Shown here in pieces: positions 17,905-28,265 of a stretch of DNA of 64,000 nucleotides. Within the stretch, counting starts at the first letter, position 1; each line of letters opens with the position of its first letter. Both the position numbers and the translations under genes were made by a program. The notes beneath the pieces are model-generated. The model did not search any database and had not been told where the DNA came from. It saw nothing but the letters and a program-made list of their open reading frames with translations. This DNA is from Bradymonadia bacterium (GTDB lineage Bacteria > Myxococcota_A > Bradymonadia > UBA7976 > UBA1532), in the NCBI GenBank assembly GCA_046290225.1, contig JBKAGE010000038.1, positions 192,001 to 256,000 on the forward strand, in the 5' to 3' direction.

Positions 17905-19614
17905 ATGAGCGGCTTCGTCGACACATTCAACGAGATCCTCGAGACCGTCAACGGGATCATCTGGGACGAGATGGTCCTCTACGTGGTCATGGGGGTCGGG
18001 GTGCTGTTCACCCTCTGGAGCGGCTTTGGTCAGTACCGCGCCCTCACCCACGGCACCGCGGTCACCCTCGGCAGATATGACGACGATGACCATGGAGATG
18101 GCGCCATCAGCCACTTCCAGGCCCTCTCGGCGGCCCTCTCCGCCACCGTGGGCCTCGGCAACATCGGCGGCGTCGCCGTGGCCATCGCCATCGGCGGGCC
18201 CGGGGCGGTGTTCTGGATGTGGATGGTGGGCATCGTGGGCATGGCCCTGAAGTCCACCGAGGTCACGCAGTCCATGTTGTTCCGGAAGACCGACGACGCC
18301 GACAACCCCAGCGGCGGCCCCATGTGGGTGGTCACCCGGGGCAGCGCCGACAAGGGTCCTCTGCTCGCAGGCCTCGGCAAGGCCCTCGGGGTGACCTTCT
18401 GTATCACCCTGCTCATCAGCAGCGTCACCGGCGGCAACATGTTCCAGGCCTGGAACGTCGCCGACGTGACCTTCACCGAGTTCGGGATGAACAAGCAGCT
18501 CACCGGGATCATCCTCGCCGTGCTCGTGGCGGCGGTCATCCTCGGTGGCATCAAGCGCATCGGTCAGGTGGCGGGCACCCTGGTCCCCCTCATGTGCGGC
18601 ATCTATCTCGTGGCCGCCATCTATGTGCTGATCCAGACCTATGAGCAGATCCCTGCAGTCTTCGGCCTCATCATGGACGGCGCCTTCAACCCCGTGGGGG
18701 CCCAGGAGGCCTTCCTCGGCGGCACCATGGGCTATGCGTTCTTGTGGGGCATGAAGCGGGCCCTCTTCAGCAGCGAAGCAGGTCAGGGCTCCTCGCCCAT
18801 CGCTCACTCCGCCGCTCGAACCTCCGAGCCTGTCCGCGAGGGCGTCGTGGCGGGCCTGGAGCCCTTCATCGACACCCTGGTGGTGTGCACGCTCACCGCT
18901 CTGGTGCTGCTCTCGAGCGGCGCCTGGAACCGCGGCGCCGAGGCCACCTTCGACACCGCCCCTCAGGTGGTGGCCGGTGCCGACGCAGGCACCTGGACTT
19001 TGAGCGCCTCAGCGGCCACAGCCCCCGGTAAAACCCGCAAGGCGGAGTCCATCGGCGGCACCTGGAAGCCGGGCCAGGCGGTGTTCATGCTGTACGAAGG
19101 GGAAGAGGTCCAGGGCCAGGGCACCAACATGCACCGCATCATGGGCACCATCCAACCCGCAGAGGGCAACGTCTTCTCCATCAAGTGGGACGCGGTGAAG
19201 TCGAAGACCCAACCAAAACTGGTCAACAACGGGCTCTATGTGGACTACGTCGCCGCCAGCCTCACGAGCTATGCCTTCAACAGCGTGACCCCAGGGTTGG
19301 GCACCTGGCTGATCACCATCGCCGCGTGGCTCTTCGCGCTGTCCACCATGATCTCGTGGAGCTACTACGGCGAGCAGGGCATCGTGTACCTCTTCGGCAA
19401 CAAAGCGGTTCTGCCCTACAAACTGATCTATTGCGCACTGATCTTCGCGGCATGCTCCGGCCTCGTGAGCACCACCACCGAGCTGTCCAACCTCACAGAT
19501 CTCGGCACAGGGGTGATGCTGTGGGCCAACATCCCCATCATGCTGCTCTTCGCCCCTCGGGCGATGAAGGCCTGGCATGGCTACTTCGCTCGAATGAAGG
19601 CCAGAAAAGCATGA
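17905..19614 (+). CDS. Alanine/glycine:cation symporter (AGCS/AlsT family)
   Basis: ATVGLGNIGGVAVAIAIGGPGAVFWMW, GGPM, ALFSSEAGQGSSPIAHS, FIDTLVVCT and FALSTMISWSYYGE. Confidence 0.93.
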   Translation: MSGFVDTFNEILETVNGIIWDEMVLYVVMGVGVLFTLWSGFGQYRALTHGTAVTLGRYDDDDHGDGAISHFQALSAALSATVGLGNIGGVAVAIAIGGPGAVFWMWMVGIVGMALKSTEVTQSMLFRKTDDADNPSGGPMWVVTRGSADKGPLLAGLGKALGVTFCITLLISSVTGGNMFQAWNVADVTFTEFGMNKQLTGIILAVLVAAVILGGIKRIGQVAGTLVPLMCGIYLVAAIYVLIQTYEQIPAVFGLIMDGAFNPVGAQEAFLGGTMGYAFLWGMKRALFSSEAGQGSSPIAHSAARTSEPVREGVVAGLEPFIDTLVVCTLTALVLLSSGAWNRGAEATFDTAPQVVAGADAGTWTLSASAATAPGKTRKAESIGGTWKPGQAVFMLYEGEEVQGQGTNMHRIMGTIQPAEGNVFSIKWDAVKSKTQPKLVNNGLYVDYVAASLTSYAFNSVTPGLGTWLITIAAWLFALSTMISWSYYGEQGIVYLFGNKAVLPYKLIYCALIFAACSGLVSTTTELSNLTDLGTGVMLWANIPIMLLFAPRAMKAWHGYFARMKARKA

Positions 19615-19712
19615 CTCATTTCGGGCCACCCAAACATTAAAGATACAACAATCGTTTACCGATACCCCGAATGCGCAGCGCATTGCTGGTTCAAACTCTC
19701 GGGGGTTCTTTC

Positions 19713-20993
19713 ATGTTCGGTTTCTTGAGAAAGTCTGATCTCGCTGACAACGTCGATTTATTCGATGATGGCTTCTCAGGCGCTCCCAGCACACACAACA
19801 CGGCATCTGGCGTCGATCTCCAATGGATCCTCGACGCATTGCCGTTGAACGTGATCACGCTCGACCCGCAGACTCTGGTCATCACCAGTACCAACGCCCG
19901 GACGGTGGATTTCCTCAAGAGGCTGCGCGCCTATTTGCCCCCGAACGTGAACCCGGAAGGCCTCGTGGGTCAGTCAGTCGACATCTTCCACAAGGTGCCT
20001 GGCCCCATCCGCCAGATGTTGCTCGATCACAGCAACTTGCCCTTCAGAGGCCAGGTCCGTCTGGGGCCGGAAACCCTCAAACTCGATGTCAACCTGGTGC
20101 GAGATCCGAGCGGTAGAGTGCTCTGTCTGCTGCAAACCTGGGAAGTGATCACCGAGCGCATGATGAAGGTCGAGAGCTTTGAGGATGAGGCTGACGCCAC
20201 CCTGAACAACGTGACCGCAGCGGCGGCAAAGATGCGCGACACCGCCAATCAGCTGGCGACCTCCGCCGATCAAGGACAGCGTCAGGCGAACACTTCTGCA
20301 GAGCAGCTGCAGCAAGCAGCCAACAATGTACAGGTCGTGGCCAGTGCCACAGAGGAGTTGACCAGCTCCATCAGCGAGATCAGTCGTCAGGTGGCCGAGT
20401 CCTCTGCCATGGCGCAAGACGCAGTGGCGGAGTCGCAGCGCACCAACGACATCGTCGAAGGCCTCGTCGAAGCCAGCGACAAGATCGGCGAAGTGGTGAA
20501 CCTGATCTCGGAGATCGCGGAGCAGACGAACCTGCTGGCGCTCAACGCCACCATCGAGGCCGCCCGGGCCGGTGACGCTGGCAAAGGCTTCGCCGTGGTG
20601 GCTGACGAGGTGAAGAACCTCGCCAATCAGACCGCCAAGGCCACTGAAGACATTGCGCGCCAGATCAACTCGATTCAGGGATCAACCGGCCAGGCGGTGA
20701 AGGCCATCAGTGGCATCACCGAGACCATCGGGCGTCTGTCCGAGGTGGCGACGGGCATCGCCGCTGCGGTGGAGGAGCAAGGCGCCGCGACCCAGGAGAT
20801 CGCCCGGAATGTTCAGGAGGCCTCTCGCAGCACGCATCAGGTCTCAGACACCATGCAGTCTCTCGCCAGAGCAGCCACCGACACTGGGGAAAGCGCCAAC
20901 ACGGTCCTGGGCGCAGCCGACGACCTCGCCGAGCAATCGAGCGCGCTCTCGGTGGAGATCAAGCAAGTGCTGGAGATGATCAAGAAGCTCTGA
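19713..20993 (+). CDS. Soluble methyl-accepting chemotaxis protein with an Aer2-like PAS domain
   Basis: MCP tip IAEQTNLLALNATIEAARAGDAGKGFAVVADEVK; no TM segments; PAS motif GQSVDIFHKVP...QTWEVIT. Confidence 0.9.
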   Translation: MFGFLRKSDLADNVDLFDDGFSGAPSTHNTASGVDLQWILDALPLNVITLDPQTLVITSTNARTVDFLKRLRAYLPPNVNPEGLVGQSVDIFHKVPGPIRQMLLDHSNLPFRGQVRLGPETLKLDVNLVRDPSGRVLCLLQTWEVITERMMKVESFEDEADATLNNVTAAAAKMRDTANQLATSADQGQRQANTSAEQLQQAANNVQVVASATEELTSSISEISRQVAESSAMAQDAVAESQRTNDIVEGLVEASDKIGEVVNLISEIAEQTNLLALNATIEAARAGDAGKGFAVVADEVKNLANQTAKATEDIARQINSIQGSTGQAVKAISGITETIGRLSEVATGIAAAVEEQGAATQEIARNVQEASRSTHQVSDTMQSLARAATDTGESANTVLGAADDLAEQSSALSVEIKQVLEMIKKL

Positions 20994-21058
20994 TCCATCG
21001 GGCCCACTGCAACCCCCCACCTTTCGCGGGGCCCTGCTGTTGGGGTATCTAAGGGCCC

Positions 21059-23254
21059 ATGATCCCGGATACCCTCATCGTCGTCTGCGTTTTGAGCGTC
21101 GGCGGCATCGCCCTCACCTGGGGCATGTCTCTGCTCTGGCGGTGTCTGGGGTTGCTCGGAGGCATACTCTGCGCAGTCTGGGTGGGCATCGCCTTCTTCA
21201 CCTTCGACCCTTCGACGCGCGATCTCAATCCCCTGCCCGGGGCCGAGCATCAACCTCTCAGCGCCACACAGTCGCCCGCACCGGAAGAGGTGTACACATC
21301 CTCTCGGGCCTGTCGTGCGTGTCACCCGGAGGCCTACGCCACCTGGCGCCGCACCTATCACCGGACGATGACTCAGCGGGCCTCTGAAGAAGCCATCATC
21401 CCTGAGTGGACCGGCACCCTCGAGGATCGAGGACGTACCTATCGGCTGTTCAAAGAGCGTGGTGGCTTCTGGGTAGACATGCCCGCCTACGGCACCAACG
21501 GCACTCGGCCAGAGGATCGCATCACCCGGCCCATCGTGATGACCACGGGCTCTCACCAGATGCAGATTTACTGGGTGCCGGCCCCCTGGGCAGAGACTGA
21601 AGCTTCAGAAGCCGAGGGGGAGGCCTACCGACGCCACTGCGGCCGATGCCATGTGTCCTCTGAGCATCAAGCCCTCGTGGCTGCTCCCGCCTGGGATCTC
21701 GACAACCAGGGCCTTCAGGCCGACGACATCAACGACATCTGGACGATGAAGGCCCACCGCAGGGCCTTCGGAGACATCAGCGAAGACGACAAGGCCCTGG
21801 CGCTGCGCCACCTGAAGCGCGGGCAGCTGGAAGGCCCGCTCACCCAGTTCCCCTTCTCGTGGTTCGTCCGGGAGAAGCGGTGGGTGCACGAGGAGTACAC
21901 CTTCCTGCAGCCTCCGGAAGATGACTACCGCGGCGAGCCCTATGGTGAAGACTGGAGCAACCGGTGCGATCAGTGTCACTCCGTCTCGCCGCGCTTCGAC
22001 GAGCAACTCGATGTGGGCAGCATGACGGTGGGGCAGGCGGAGGTGGCGGAGCTGGGCATCGCCTGTGAGGCCTGCCACGGCCCTGGCGCCGCCCACGTGG
22101 CCCGGCACCGGGATCCAACGGAGCGCTACCTGGAGCATCTCGGTCTGAGAGGCGAAGACGAGAAGCCCGACATCGTCAACCCCGCAGATTTGTCACCGGA
22201 GCGGTCGATGGCCGTGTGCGGGCAATGCCACGCCGAGCTGGTCTATCACGGCGACTGGAGCCAGCCGGAGACCGCCCGCTTCCGCCCCGGCGATCGCCTC
22301 GAGCTCTATGCCAATGTGCTGTACTACGAGCCAAAGCCTGATCAACGGCCAGACTGGCTCGCCAATGCCATCCGAGACGAGCCCGATCTGTTGCAGAGCG
22401 CTTTCTGGAAAGACGGCACCATGCGCATCGCGGGCCGGGATCTCAACGGCATCGCCATCTCCCCCTGTGCCACCGCCGGAGAGATGAGCTGCCTGAGTTG
22501 CCACGCCATGCACGGTCACTCTGATCCGGAAGACATGCTGGCGCCGAAGATGCACACTGATGATGCCTGTACGCAGTGCCACCCTGTGGTGGCGCAGAAC
22601 ATCGAAGGGCACACACACCACGGCGCCGACTCCACGGGCAGCCGCTGCTACAACTGCCACATGCCCCACACCACCTTCGGCCTGCTCAAGGCGATCCGCG
22701 CCCACCGGATCGACAGCCCCAACGCCGGGGTGAGCGCCGAGACGGGCCGCCCTACGGCATGCAACCTCTGTCACCTCGACAAAACCCTCGGCGAGGTGGC
22801 CGACCACCTGGCCGACTGGTACGGACATCCGATCCCGCCGATGACCGACGATCAGCGCGATGTGGCTCAGAGCGCCCTCCAGCTGCTCAAGGGGAACGCG
22901 GTGCAGCGCGGCATCATGGCCTGGCACATGGCCTGGCCCCCAGCCCAGGCGGTGAGCGATCCCTGGTGGTTCGGGCCCTACCTGGCCCAGCTCGTGGATG
23001 ATCCCTATGTGGCGGTCCGGTTCCTGGCCATCGAGGCTCTGCAGACCTTGCCGGGCTACGCGGACTTCGAAGCTGACTTCACCGGGTCAGATGACGCACG
23101 GGCCGAGGCGGCTCGAGAGGCGCTGCGTAGATGGCAGGCCCCTGCAGGGGCCAACGCCCCCCATGTGATGATCCAGAACGGTCGGTATGTGCGCGAGGCG
23201 CTGCTGCGGCTGCTCTCCCAAAGAGACGAAAGTCCCATCAGTATCAACGAGTGA
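21059..23254 (+). CDS. Membrane-anchored multiheme cytochrome c (9 CXXCH) with a C-terminal HEAT-like segment
   Basis: CRACH, CGRCH, CDQCH, CEACH, CGQCH, CLSCH, CTQCH, CYNCH and CNLCH; two N-terminal TM helices; LVDDPYVAVRFLA. Confidence 0.9.
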   Translation: MIPDTLIVVCVLSVGGIALTWGMSLLWRCLGLLGGILCAVWVGIAFFTFDPSTRDLNPLPGAEHQPLSATQSPAPEEVYTSSRACRACHPEAYATWRRTYHRTMTQRASEEAIIPEWTGTLEDRGRTYRLFKERGGFWVDMPAYGTNGTRPEDRITRPIVMTTGSHQMQIYWVPAPWAETEASEAEGEAYRRHCGRCHVSSEHQALVAAPAWDLDNQGLQADDINDIWTMKAHRRAFGDISEDDKALALRHLKRGQLEGPLTQFPFSWFVREKRWVHEEYTFLQPPEDDYRGEPYGEDWSNRCDQCHSVSPRFDEQLDVGSMTVGQAEVAELGIACEACHGPGAAHVARHRDPTERYLEHLGLRGEDEKPDIVNPADLSPERSMAVCGQCHAELVYHGDWSQPETARFRPGDRLELYANVLYYEPKPDQRPDWLANAIRDEPDLLQSAFWKDGTMRIAGRDLNGIAISPCATAGEMSCLSCHAMHGHSDPEDMLAPKMHTDDACTQCHPVVAQNIEGHTHHGADSTGSRCYNCHMPHTTFGLLKAIRAHRIDSPNAGVSAETGRPTACNLCHLDKTLGEVADHLADWYGHPIPPMTDDQRDVAQSALQLLKGNAVQRGIMAWHMAWPPAQAVSDPWWFGPYLAQLVDDPYVAVRFLAIEALQTLPGYADFEADFTGSDDARAEAAREALRRWQAPAGANAPHVMIQNGRYVREALLRLLSQRDESPISINE

Positions 23255-23405
23255 AGGGTTTAACCTTCCGCCCTTGGCATCCACTTCAGGGTTTGTGGCA
23301 TGTGTGAGATCGAGCAACGCTGAGCGCGGGTCCTCACAGACCCTCCTGTGCAGAGATGATGCCGACCTCTAAGCGTTCGGTCTCGAGAGGACGTTACGAG
23401 ATCTG

Positions 23406-25478
23406 ATGAGTGGCGACCGCACCAAAGGCTCTGACCTGCAGCAGAGCTTCACCCCCACCACTGTGGAGGGGGTCTCCGATCACGTGGTGGAGCACCACCG
23501 TGGCGATCGCCGGGGTGCGGCAGTGGGCTCGGTCTTCCCTGATCCACAACGCATGATGCCCCTCGACCCGTTCACCATCCCAGCCTGGTTTCGTCGACCT
23601 GCGGACTCCCTGGCGCCTGTCGTGAGCCCGTTTCCGGAGACTGGCGCCACCCCTGTGGACGCCGGTGCGCTCCAGCGCAGCGATACACCGATTCACCACC
23701 CACCGACGGCGGGTGAGCTGCCCCCCGAGGCAGATCCCTTCGCATCGACATGTGCACCCGAGCCGCCGAGCACCGAAGATGACGGGATGACGATCCGCGA
23801 GATCCCGCCCATGCCTCGGCCTGGCGCCTCACACCGCAAGACCCAGCACACGCTGCTTGGGCTGAACCGCGCCCAGGTCGAGGCCCAACAAGTCGCCTCG
23901 GAAGAGCTGCGCACGGTACGGGACGTGGTGCCCCCCTCGATGGACTCGCTGGATTCGATCCACCGCTCCAACGACGCGCTCAGCGGCTCCACGGATCACC
24001 GGGAGCGTCCGGTGGATCCCACCGGTGCAGTTCCGATGCCCCAGACGCCTGTAGATCCCCACATGGTGGCGGGCCGATACAAGATCAGGTGCCGCATCGG
24101 CACGGGCGGTATGGGGGTGGTCTATCTCGCGGAGGACACCCGCCTGCACGGGCGACTGGCGGCACTGAAAGTGCTCAACCCCTGGGGTCAGCCCGAGGTG
24201 GAGAAGGCTCGCTTCGAACGCGAAGTGCGGGTGATCTCCAGGCTGCGGAACCCACACACGGTACAAGTCTCTGATGCGGGCCTCCTCCCCGATCAGCGGC
24301 CCTTCATCGTGATGGAGTACATCGAGGGGCACTCCCTCGGTGACCTGCTCGACCAGGTCTACGCGCTGCCGCCCATTCAAGCCCTCGAAGTCATCGAGTG
24401 TGTGCTGGTCTCTCTCGAAGAAGCCCACGCTCGGGGCGTGATCCACCGGGATCTCAAACCCGACAACATCATGATCCGCCGTATGGACGGGCGTCGCATG
24501 CTGGTGCAGCCGGTCTTGCAGATCAAAGTGCTCGATTTCGGCATCGCCCGTGACTACAACGCCGGCCAGCGAGAGCAGCGTATTCTCGATCGACGTCTTT
24601 CGGGAACGCCGGCCTATATGGCGCCAGAGTTGTTCGCCAGTGCCCCGAGCGATGCACGCTCGGACATCTATTCGGTGGGCGTGTTGCTGTATCACATGCT
24701 CGCCGGACGCCTCCCCTTCGATCCAGACGATCAGCTGCCCCCTCGAGCGCCGAAGCTCCAGGGGGCCATGCGCATGGCCTGGATGCACCAGGAGCTGCCT
24801 CCTCGATACATCCCCAACTGCCCTGAGCCTCTCTGGGGTCTGATCCTGTCGCTGTTGTCGAAGCCCCCGGGCAAACGACCTCACAGCGCGGCGATGGCTC
24901 TGGAGCAGCTCGAGCGCGTCAAGGAGACGCTCGGGGTTCAAGGGGAGCACCCGCTCGTCCCACCGCCTTCTGACAGCTACAGTGGTGATCGACACTTCCG
25001 CGAGGCACCTCAGCCATTGCTCCGCCCTCAGCCGGCGCAGCCTCGAGAGCGTCGCCTCACCCCACCTGCGCTGGCCAATCGCTCTTCGTTCTGGAGTCGC
25101 TCGGCCATGGTCCTGCTTCTGGCCCTCGTCGGCGCCGCAGCAGTGGCGGTGTACTTTGCCCGGGATGCAGAAGAGTCCGGCTTCGGTGATCCTGTGCTCG
25201 ACACCCCCTCTGCTCTGGGCAGTGGTGTGCTGGATCCGGGTGGACGCTCAAGCAAGGCCTGCTGCACCTGCGCCAGTACGCTGACCTCTGATCCTCCAGG
25301 GGCCGAGGTCTGGTTGGGCAACACCGCCATCGGCCAGACCCCGATGACCCTCGACCGACCTTGCAGCGAGATCTGGCAGCTCAGGCTCACGGCGCCCGGG
25401 CATCAACCCCGGCTGCTCCGCGTAGAAGGCCGATCGCCCACGGGGCGTCCGTTCCACGCCAGCCTCGAGCGGGATTAA
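23406..25478 (+). CDS. Hanks-type Ser/Thr kinase with TM helix and PEGA domain
   Basis: GTGGMGVV, AALK, HRDLKPDN, DFG, GTPAYMAPE; C-terminal SDPPGAEV...IGQTP. The exact start is uncertain. Confidence 0.92.
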   Translation: MSGDRTKGSDLQQSFTPTTVEGVSDHVVEHHRGDRRGAAVGSVFPDPQRMMPLDPFTIPAWFRRPADSLAPVVSPFPETGATPVDAGALQRSDTPIHHPPTAGELPPEADPFASTCAPEPPSTEDDGMTIREIPPMPRPGASHRKTQHTLLGLNRAQVEAQQVASEELRTVRDVVPPSMDSLDSIHRSNDALSGSTDHRERPVDPTGAVPMPQTPVDPHMVAGRYKIRCRIGTGGMGVVYLAEDTRLHGRLAALKVLNPWGQPEVEKARFEREVRVISRLRNPHTVQVSDAGLLPDQRPFIVMEYIEGHSLGDLLDQVYALPPIQALEVIECVLVSLEEAHARGVIHRDLKPDNIMIRRMDGRRMLVQPVLQIKVLDFGIARDYNAGQREQRILDRRLSGTPAYMAPELFASAPSDARSDIYSVGVLLYHMLAGRLPFDPDDQLPPRAPKLQGAMRMAWMHQELPPRYIPNCPEPLWGLILSLLSKPPGKRPHSAAMALEQLERVKETLGVQGEHPLVPPPSDSYSGDRHFREAPQPLLRPQPAQPRERRLTPPALANRSSFWSRSAMVLLLALVGAAAVAVYFARDAEESGFGDPVLDTPSALGSGVLDPGGRSSKACCTCASTLTSDPPGAEVWLGNTAIGQTPMTLDRPCSEIWQLRLTAPGHQPRLLRVEGRSPTGRPFHASLERD

Positions 25479-25555
25479 ACTCTCACCCCCCGCCGGACAC
25501 CAACGGCCCTTTCGTGGCACACTGCGTCCCCCTTTGCTCACCCTGACGAGGTGTC

Positions 25556-27757
25556 ATGGTCGTCCTGCTCCGTCGCGCGCTGCGCTCTTCACTCTGCCTC
25601 GGCCTCCCCCTTTGGGGATGCACTGACGTGTCGCCGACCGACCCTGCCGTCGGCCAGCACTCGGCGTCGGTGATCTATGGCGAAGATGATCGTCAGGATG
25701 TGTATGCCGTCGAGTCGCCTCTCTGGCGCGCCCGGGCATCGGACTCGGTCGTGGCGCTGATGAATCGTGCCACCCTCGTCTTCGACGATCCCGATCGGGC
25801 CACACTGCGGGCCAGCACGCTCAACCAGAACATCCCTCTCTGCGAGGGTGAGCGATTCGCCGAGCAGCTCACGGCAGCGGACTGCTCAGGCACCCTCATC
25901 GACGAGGATCTGGTCCTCACCGCCGGTCACTGCATCGAGAACCAAGCGGCGTGCAACCAGCTGGCTTTCGTCTTCGGCTACCACCACGGTGAGTCACCAG
26001 ACGCGCTCTCGCCCATCACCTCTGACGATGTCTACACCTGTCGTGAGTTGATCGTCTCCTTCGACGATGGCCGGGCGGACTACGCCATCGTGCAGCTCGA
26101 TCGCCCTGCGGTGGCCCATACCCCTGCACCGGTGCGCCCTGGTGATGGCCCCATGGTGCAGGGAGAGTCGGTCACCCTCATCGGCTTCCCCAGCGGCCTG
26201 CCGGCGAAGGTGGACACCGGCGGCCAAGTCTGGGAGCCCCGAGCCAACGTGCTCGACTTCTTCTCGGCCACTGTGGACGCTTTTGGTGGCAACTCCGGCT
26301 CGGGCGTCTTCGACGCAGCGGGCAACGTCGTGGGAATCCTGGTCCGCGGGCAACAAGATTACGTACGCGACGGCCGCTGCTTCCGGGTGAACACGCTGCC
26401 CGAGTTGCCTGAGCAGGGCGAAGGAGCAGAAGGCATCACCTATGTGGCCCGGGCCATCGAAGCAGGCTGCGAGGCGGGCATGCGCAGCGACGTGCTCTGC
26501 GCCGGCGGCGGAGGTGAATGGTGCGCCCGTTGTGAGGTGAACGCAGACTGCGCCAATGGCTGGCAGTGCAACCGGTGGCCCCAGGCACCCGAGGCTTCCT
26601 GGTGCGCCCCCCCGTGCATGGACGACACCCAATGTCGTGACGATCATCAGTGCATCGAAGGCATGTGCACGCCTCGCCTCGCCTCCGGCTGCGCACCGTT
26701 CCTCGACGAAGGCGCAGGGCTGTGGTCCATTGACGCGTGTGGTCAGGTGCTGGCCCCCACCAACCTGTGCGAAGCGAACAGCCGCTGTCTCGACGGCGAC
26801 TGTGTCTCACGGCCTTCCGGGGATGTGTGCGCCGACGCCACGGTGATCGAGGCCGTGAGTCAGCGTCTCGAAGGCAACCTCGCCGAATACGAGGGCGACA
26901 CTCAAGGCAGCTGCGCGGGTGAGGGGCCAGATCAGGTCTACACCTTCACCCTCGACGCCCCTTCCACCTTCACCGCCACAGCAGAAGGCTTCGACACGGT
27001 CCTCTACCTGCGCCAGGGCTGCGAGGGCCCCGAGTGGGCGTGCAACGACGACTTCCGCCGCCGCGACGTCAGCGCTCAAATCACCGCCGAGCTTCAGCCT
27101 GGGACCTATCACCTGTTCGTCGACGCCTTCGACGAACAGGTGGGGCGCTATCTGCTCACGTTGGAGTTCACGGAGCAGTGCCAGGATCCGTGCCTGCCGA
27201 CAGCCACACGATGTGAGGGTGAAGATGTGCAGCAGGTCTGTGTCGACGACGGCACGGACTGCGGCCGCTGGGTCAGCGTGCTCTGCCCACCCGGCGAGCA
27301 ATGCCTCGGCGGCCTCTGCGCGCCCACCTGTGAAGACGAGTGTCAGCCAGGAGAGCGTCAGTGCCTCGACGATCGCACCATCGTGAGCTGCACCCTCGTA
27401 GATGGCTGTGGTCGGTGGGATGCCCCGGTCACCTGCCGCCCTGGCCGCATCTGCCGGGACGAGTTCTGCGCCCCTGCCCCGGTGGACGCAGCGGTGCCGC
27501 CTCCGCCAGAGCCTGATGCCGAGGTCCCGGACTTTGCGATGCCCCCGCCGGTACCCGACGCAGATCTCGAAGCTGACGCAGCCATCGGTGGCGGTCCACA
27601 AGAGGGTCTGCGCCCTGAAGGCAACGAGCGACCGCTGCTGCGGGGCGGTCGTGGTTGTGCGACGGGCTCCGGGCGCGCGCCCACAGGGGCCTGGCTGGTT
27701 GTGCTCCTCGGCGCCCTCGGGCTGCGCCGCCGCTCACGGACGCAGACGCGCCTCTAA
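25556..27757 (+). CDS. Trypsin-like serine protease lipoprotein with PPC-like domain, Cys-rich repeats and MYXO-CTERM
   Basis: LTAGHC, DYA, GNSGSG; FDTVLYLR...ACNDD; tail GCATG...AWLVVLLGALGLRRRSR. Confidence 0.9.
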   Translation: MVVLLRRALRSSLCLGLPLWGCTDVSPTDPAVGQHSASVIYGEDDRQDVYAVESPLWRARASDSVVALMNRATLVFDDPDRATLRASTLNQNIPLCEGERFAEQLTAADCSGTLIDEDLVLTAGHCIENQAACNQLAFVFGYHHGESPDALSPITSDDVYTCRELIVSFDDGRADYAIVQLDRPAVAHTPAPVRPGDGPMVQGESVTLIGFPSGLPAKVDTGGQVWEPRANVLDFFSATVDAFGGNSGSGVFDAAGNVVGILVRGQQDYVRDGRCFRVNTLPELPEQGEGAEGITYVARAIEAGCEAGMRSDVLCAGGGGEWCARCEVNADCANGWQCNRWPQAPEASWCAPPCMDDTQCRDDHQCIEGMCTPRLASGCAPFLDEGAGLWSIDACGQVLAPTNLCEANSRCLDGDCVSRPSGDVCADATVIEAVSQRLEGNLAEYEGDTQGSCAGEGPDQVYTFTLDAPSTFTATAEGFDTVLYLRQGCEGPEWACNDDFRRRDVSAQITAELQPGTYHLFVDAFDEQVGRYLLTLEFTEQCQDPCLPTATRCEGEDVQQVCVDDGTDCGRWVSVLCPPGEQCLGGLCAPTCEDECQPGERQCLDDRTIVSCTLVDGCGRWDAPVTCRPGRICRDEFCAPAPVDAAVPPPPEPDAEVPDFAMPPPVPDADLEADAAIGGGPQEGLRPEGNERPLLRGGRGCATGSGRAPTGAWLVVLLGALGLRRRSRTQTRL

Positions 27758-28261
27758 CCCGAAGATGTGCGGATCGTCGGCCCCCATGGCCCTGAGGGCC
27801 TCGGCGAGCCAGAGCACGTACTCAGTGTTCTCCCCGCTGGGGCCTCTGGAGCGGGCGACGTGGGCAGCGATCTCATCGAGAGAGGCCGAGCCGAGAAAAT
27901 GCGGGTTGTCGGGGCCTGCCACATAGACCAGCACATCATCGATGGTTGCCCCAGAAGGGCACGTGACCTGGACGCGATGGTGGGCATATCCCCCAGACTC
28001 GCGATGATCGAGTCGGGGCATGATCTCGCTGACCTTCTCCGGGGCCACCTCATAGGCCATGCCCCAACATGTGGCGCCTGCCTCGGGCAACAAGGTCACC
28101 ACGCGTCCTGGCGCCTCAGGGGTGCCTCGATGATCAGGGGATCCCTGCCAGAAGCGTCTGATCCAGCCTGTGATGTAGCCGGGCACACGCTGGCGATATT
28201 CAAAGGCAGGGCGCCACACCAGCGAGCCATAGCCGAAGATCCAGAGCGGGCGCTCTGTCAT
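27734..28261 (-). CDS. chaC: ChaC-family gamma-glutamylcyclotransferase
   Basis: WIFGYGSLVW, FWQGSPDHRGTPEAPGRVVTL and GPSGENTEY. Confidence 0.93.
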   Translation of the reverse strand: MTERPLWIFGYGSLVWRPAFEYRQRVPGYITGWIRRFWQGSPDHRGTPEAPGRVVTLLPEAGATCWGMAYEVAPEKVSEIMPRLDHRESGGYAHHRVQVTCPSGATIDDVLVYVAGPDNPHFLGSASLDEIAAHVARSRGPSGENTEYVLWLAEALRAMGADDPHIFGLEARLRP

Positions 28262-28265
28262 GAAA

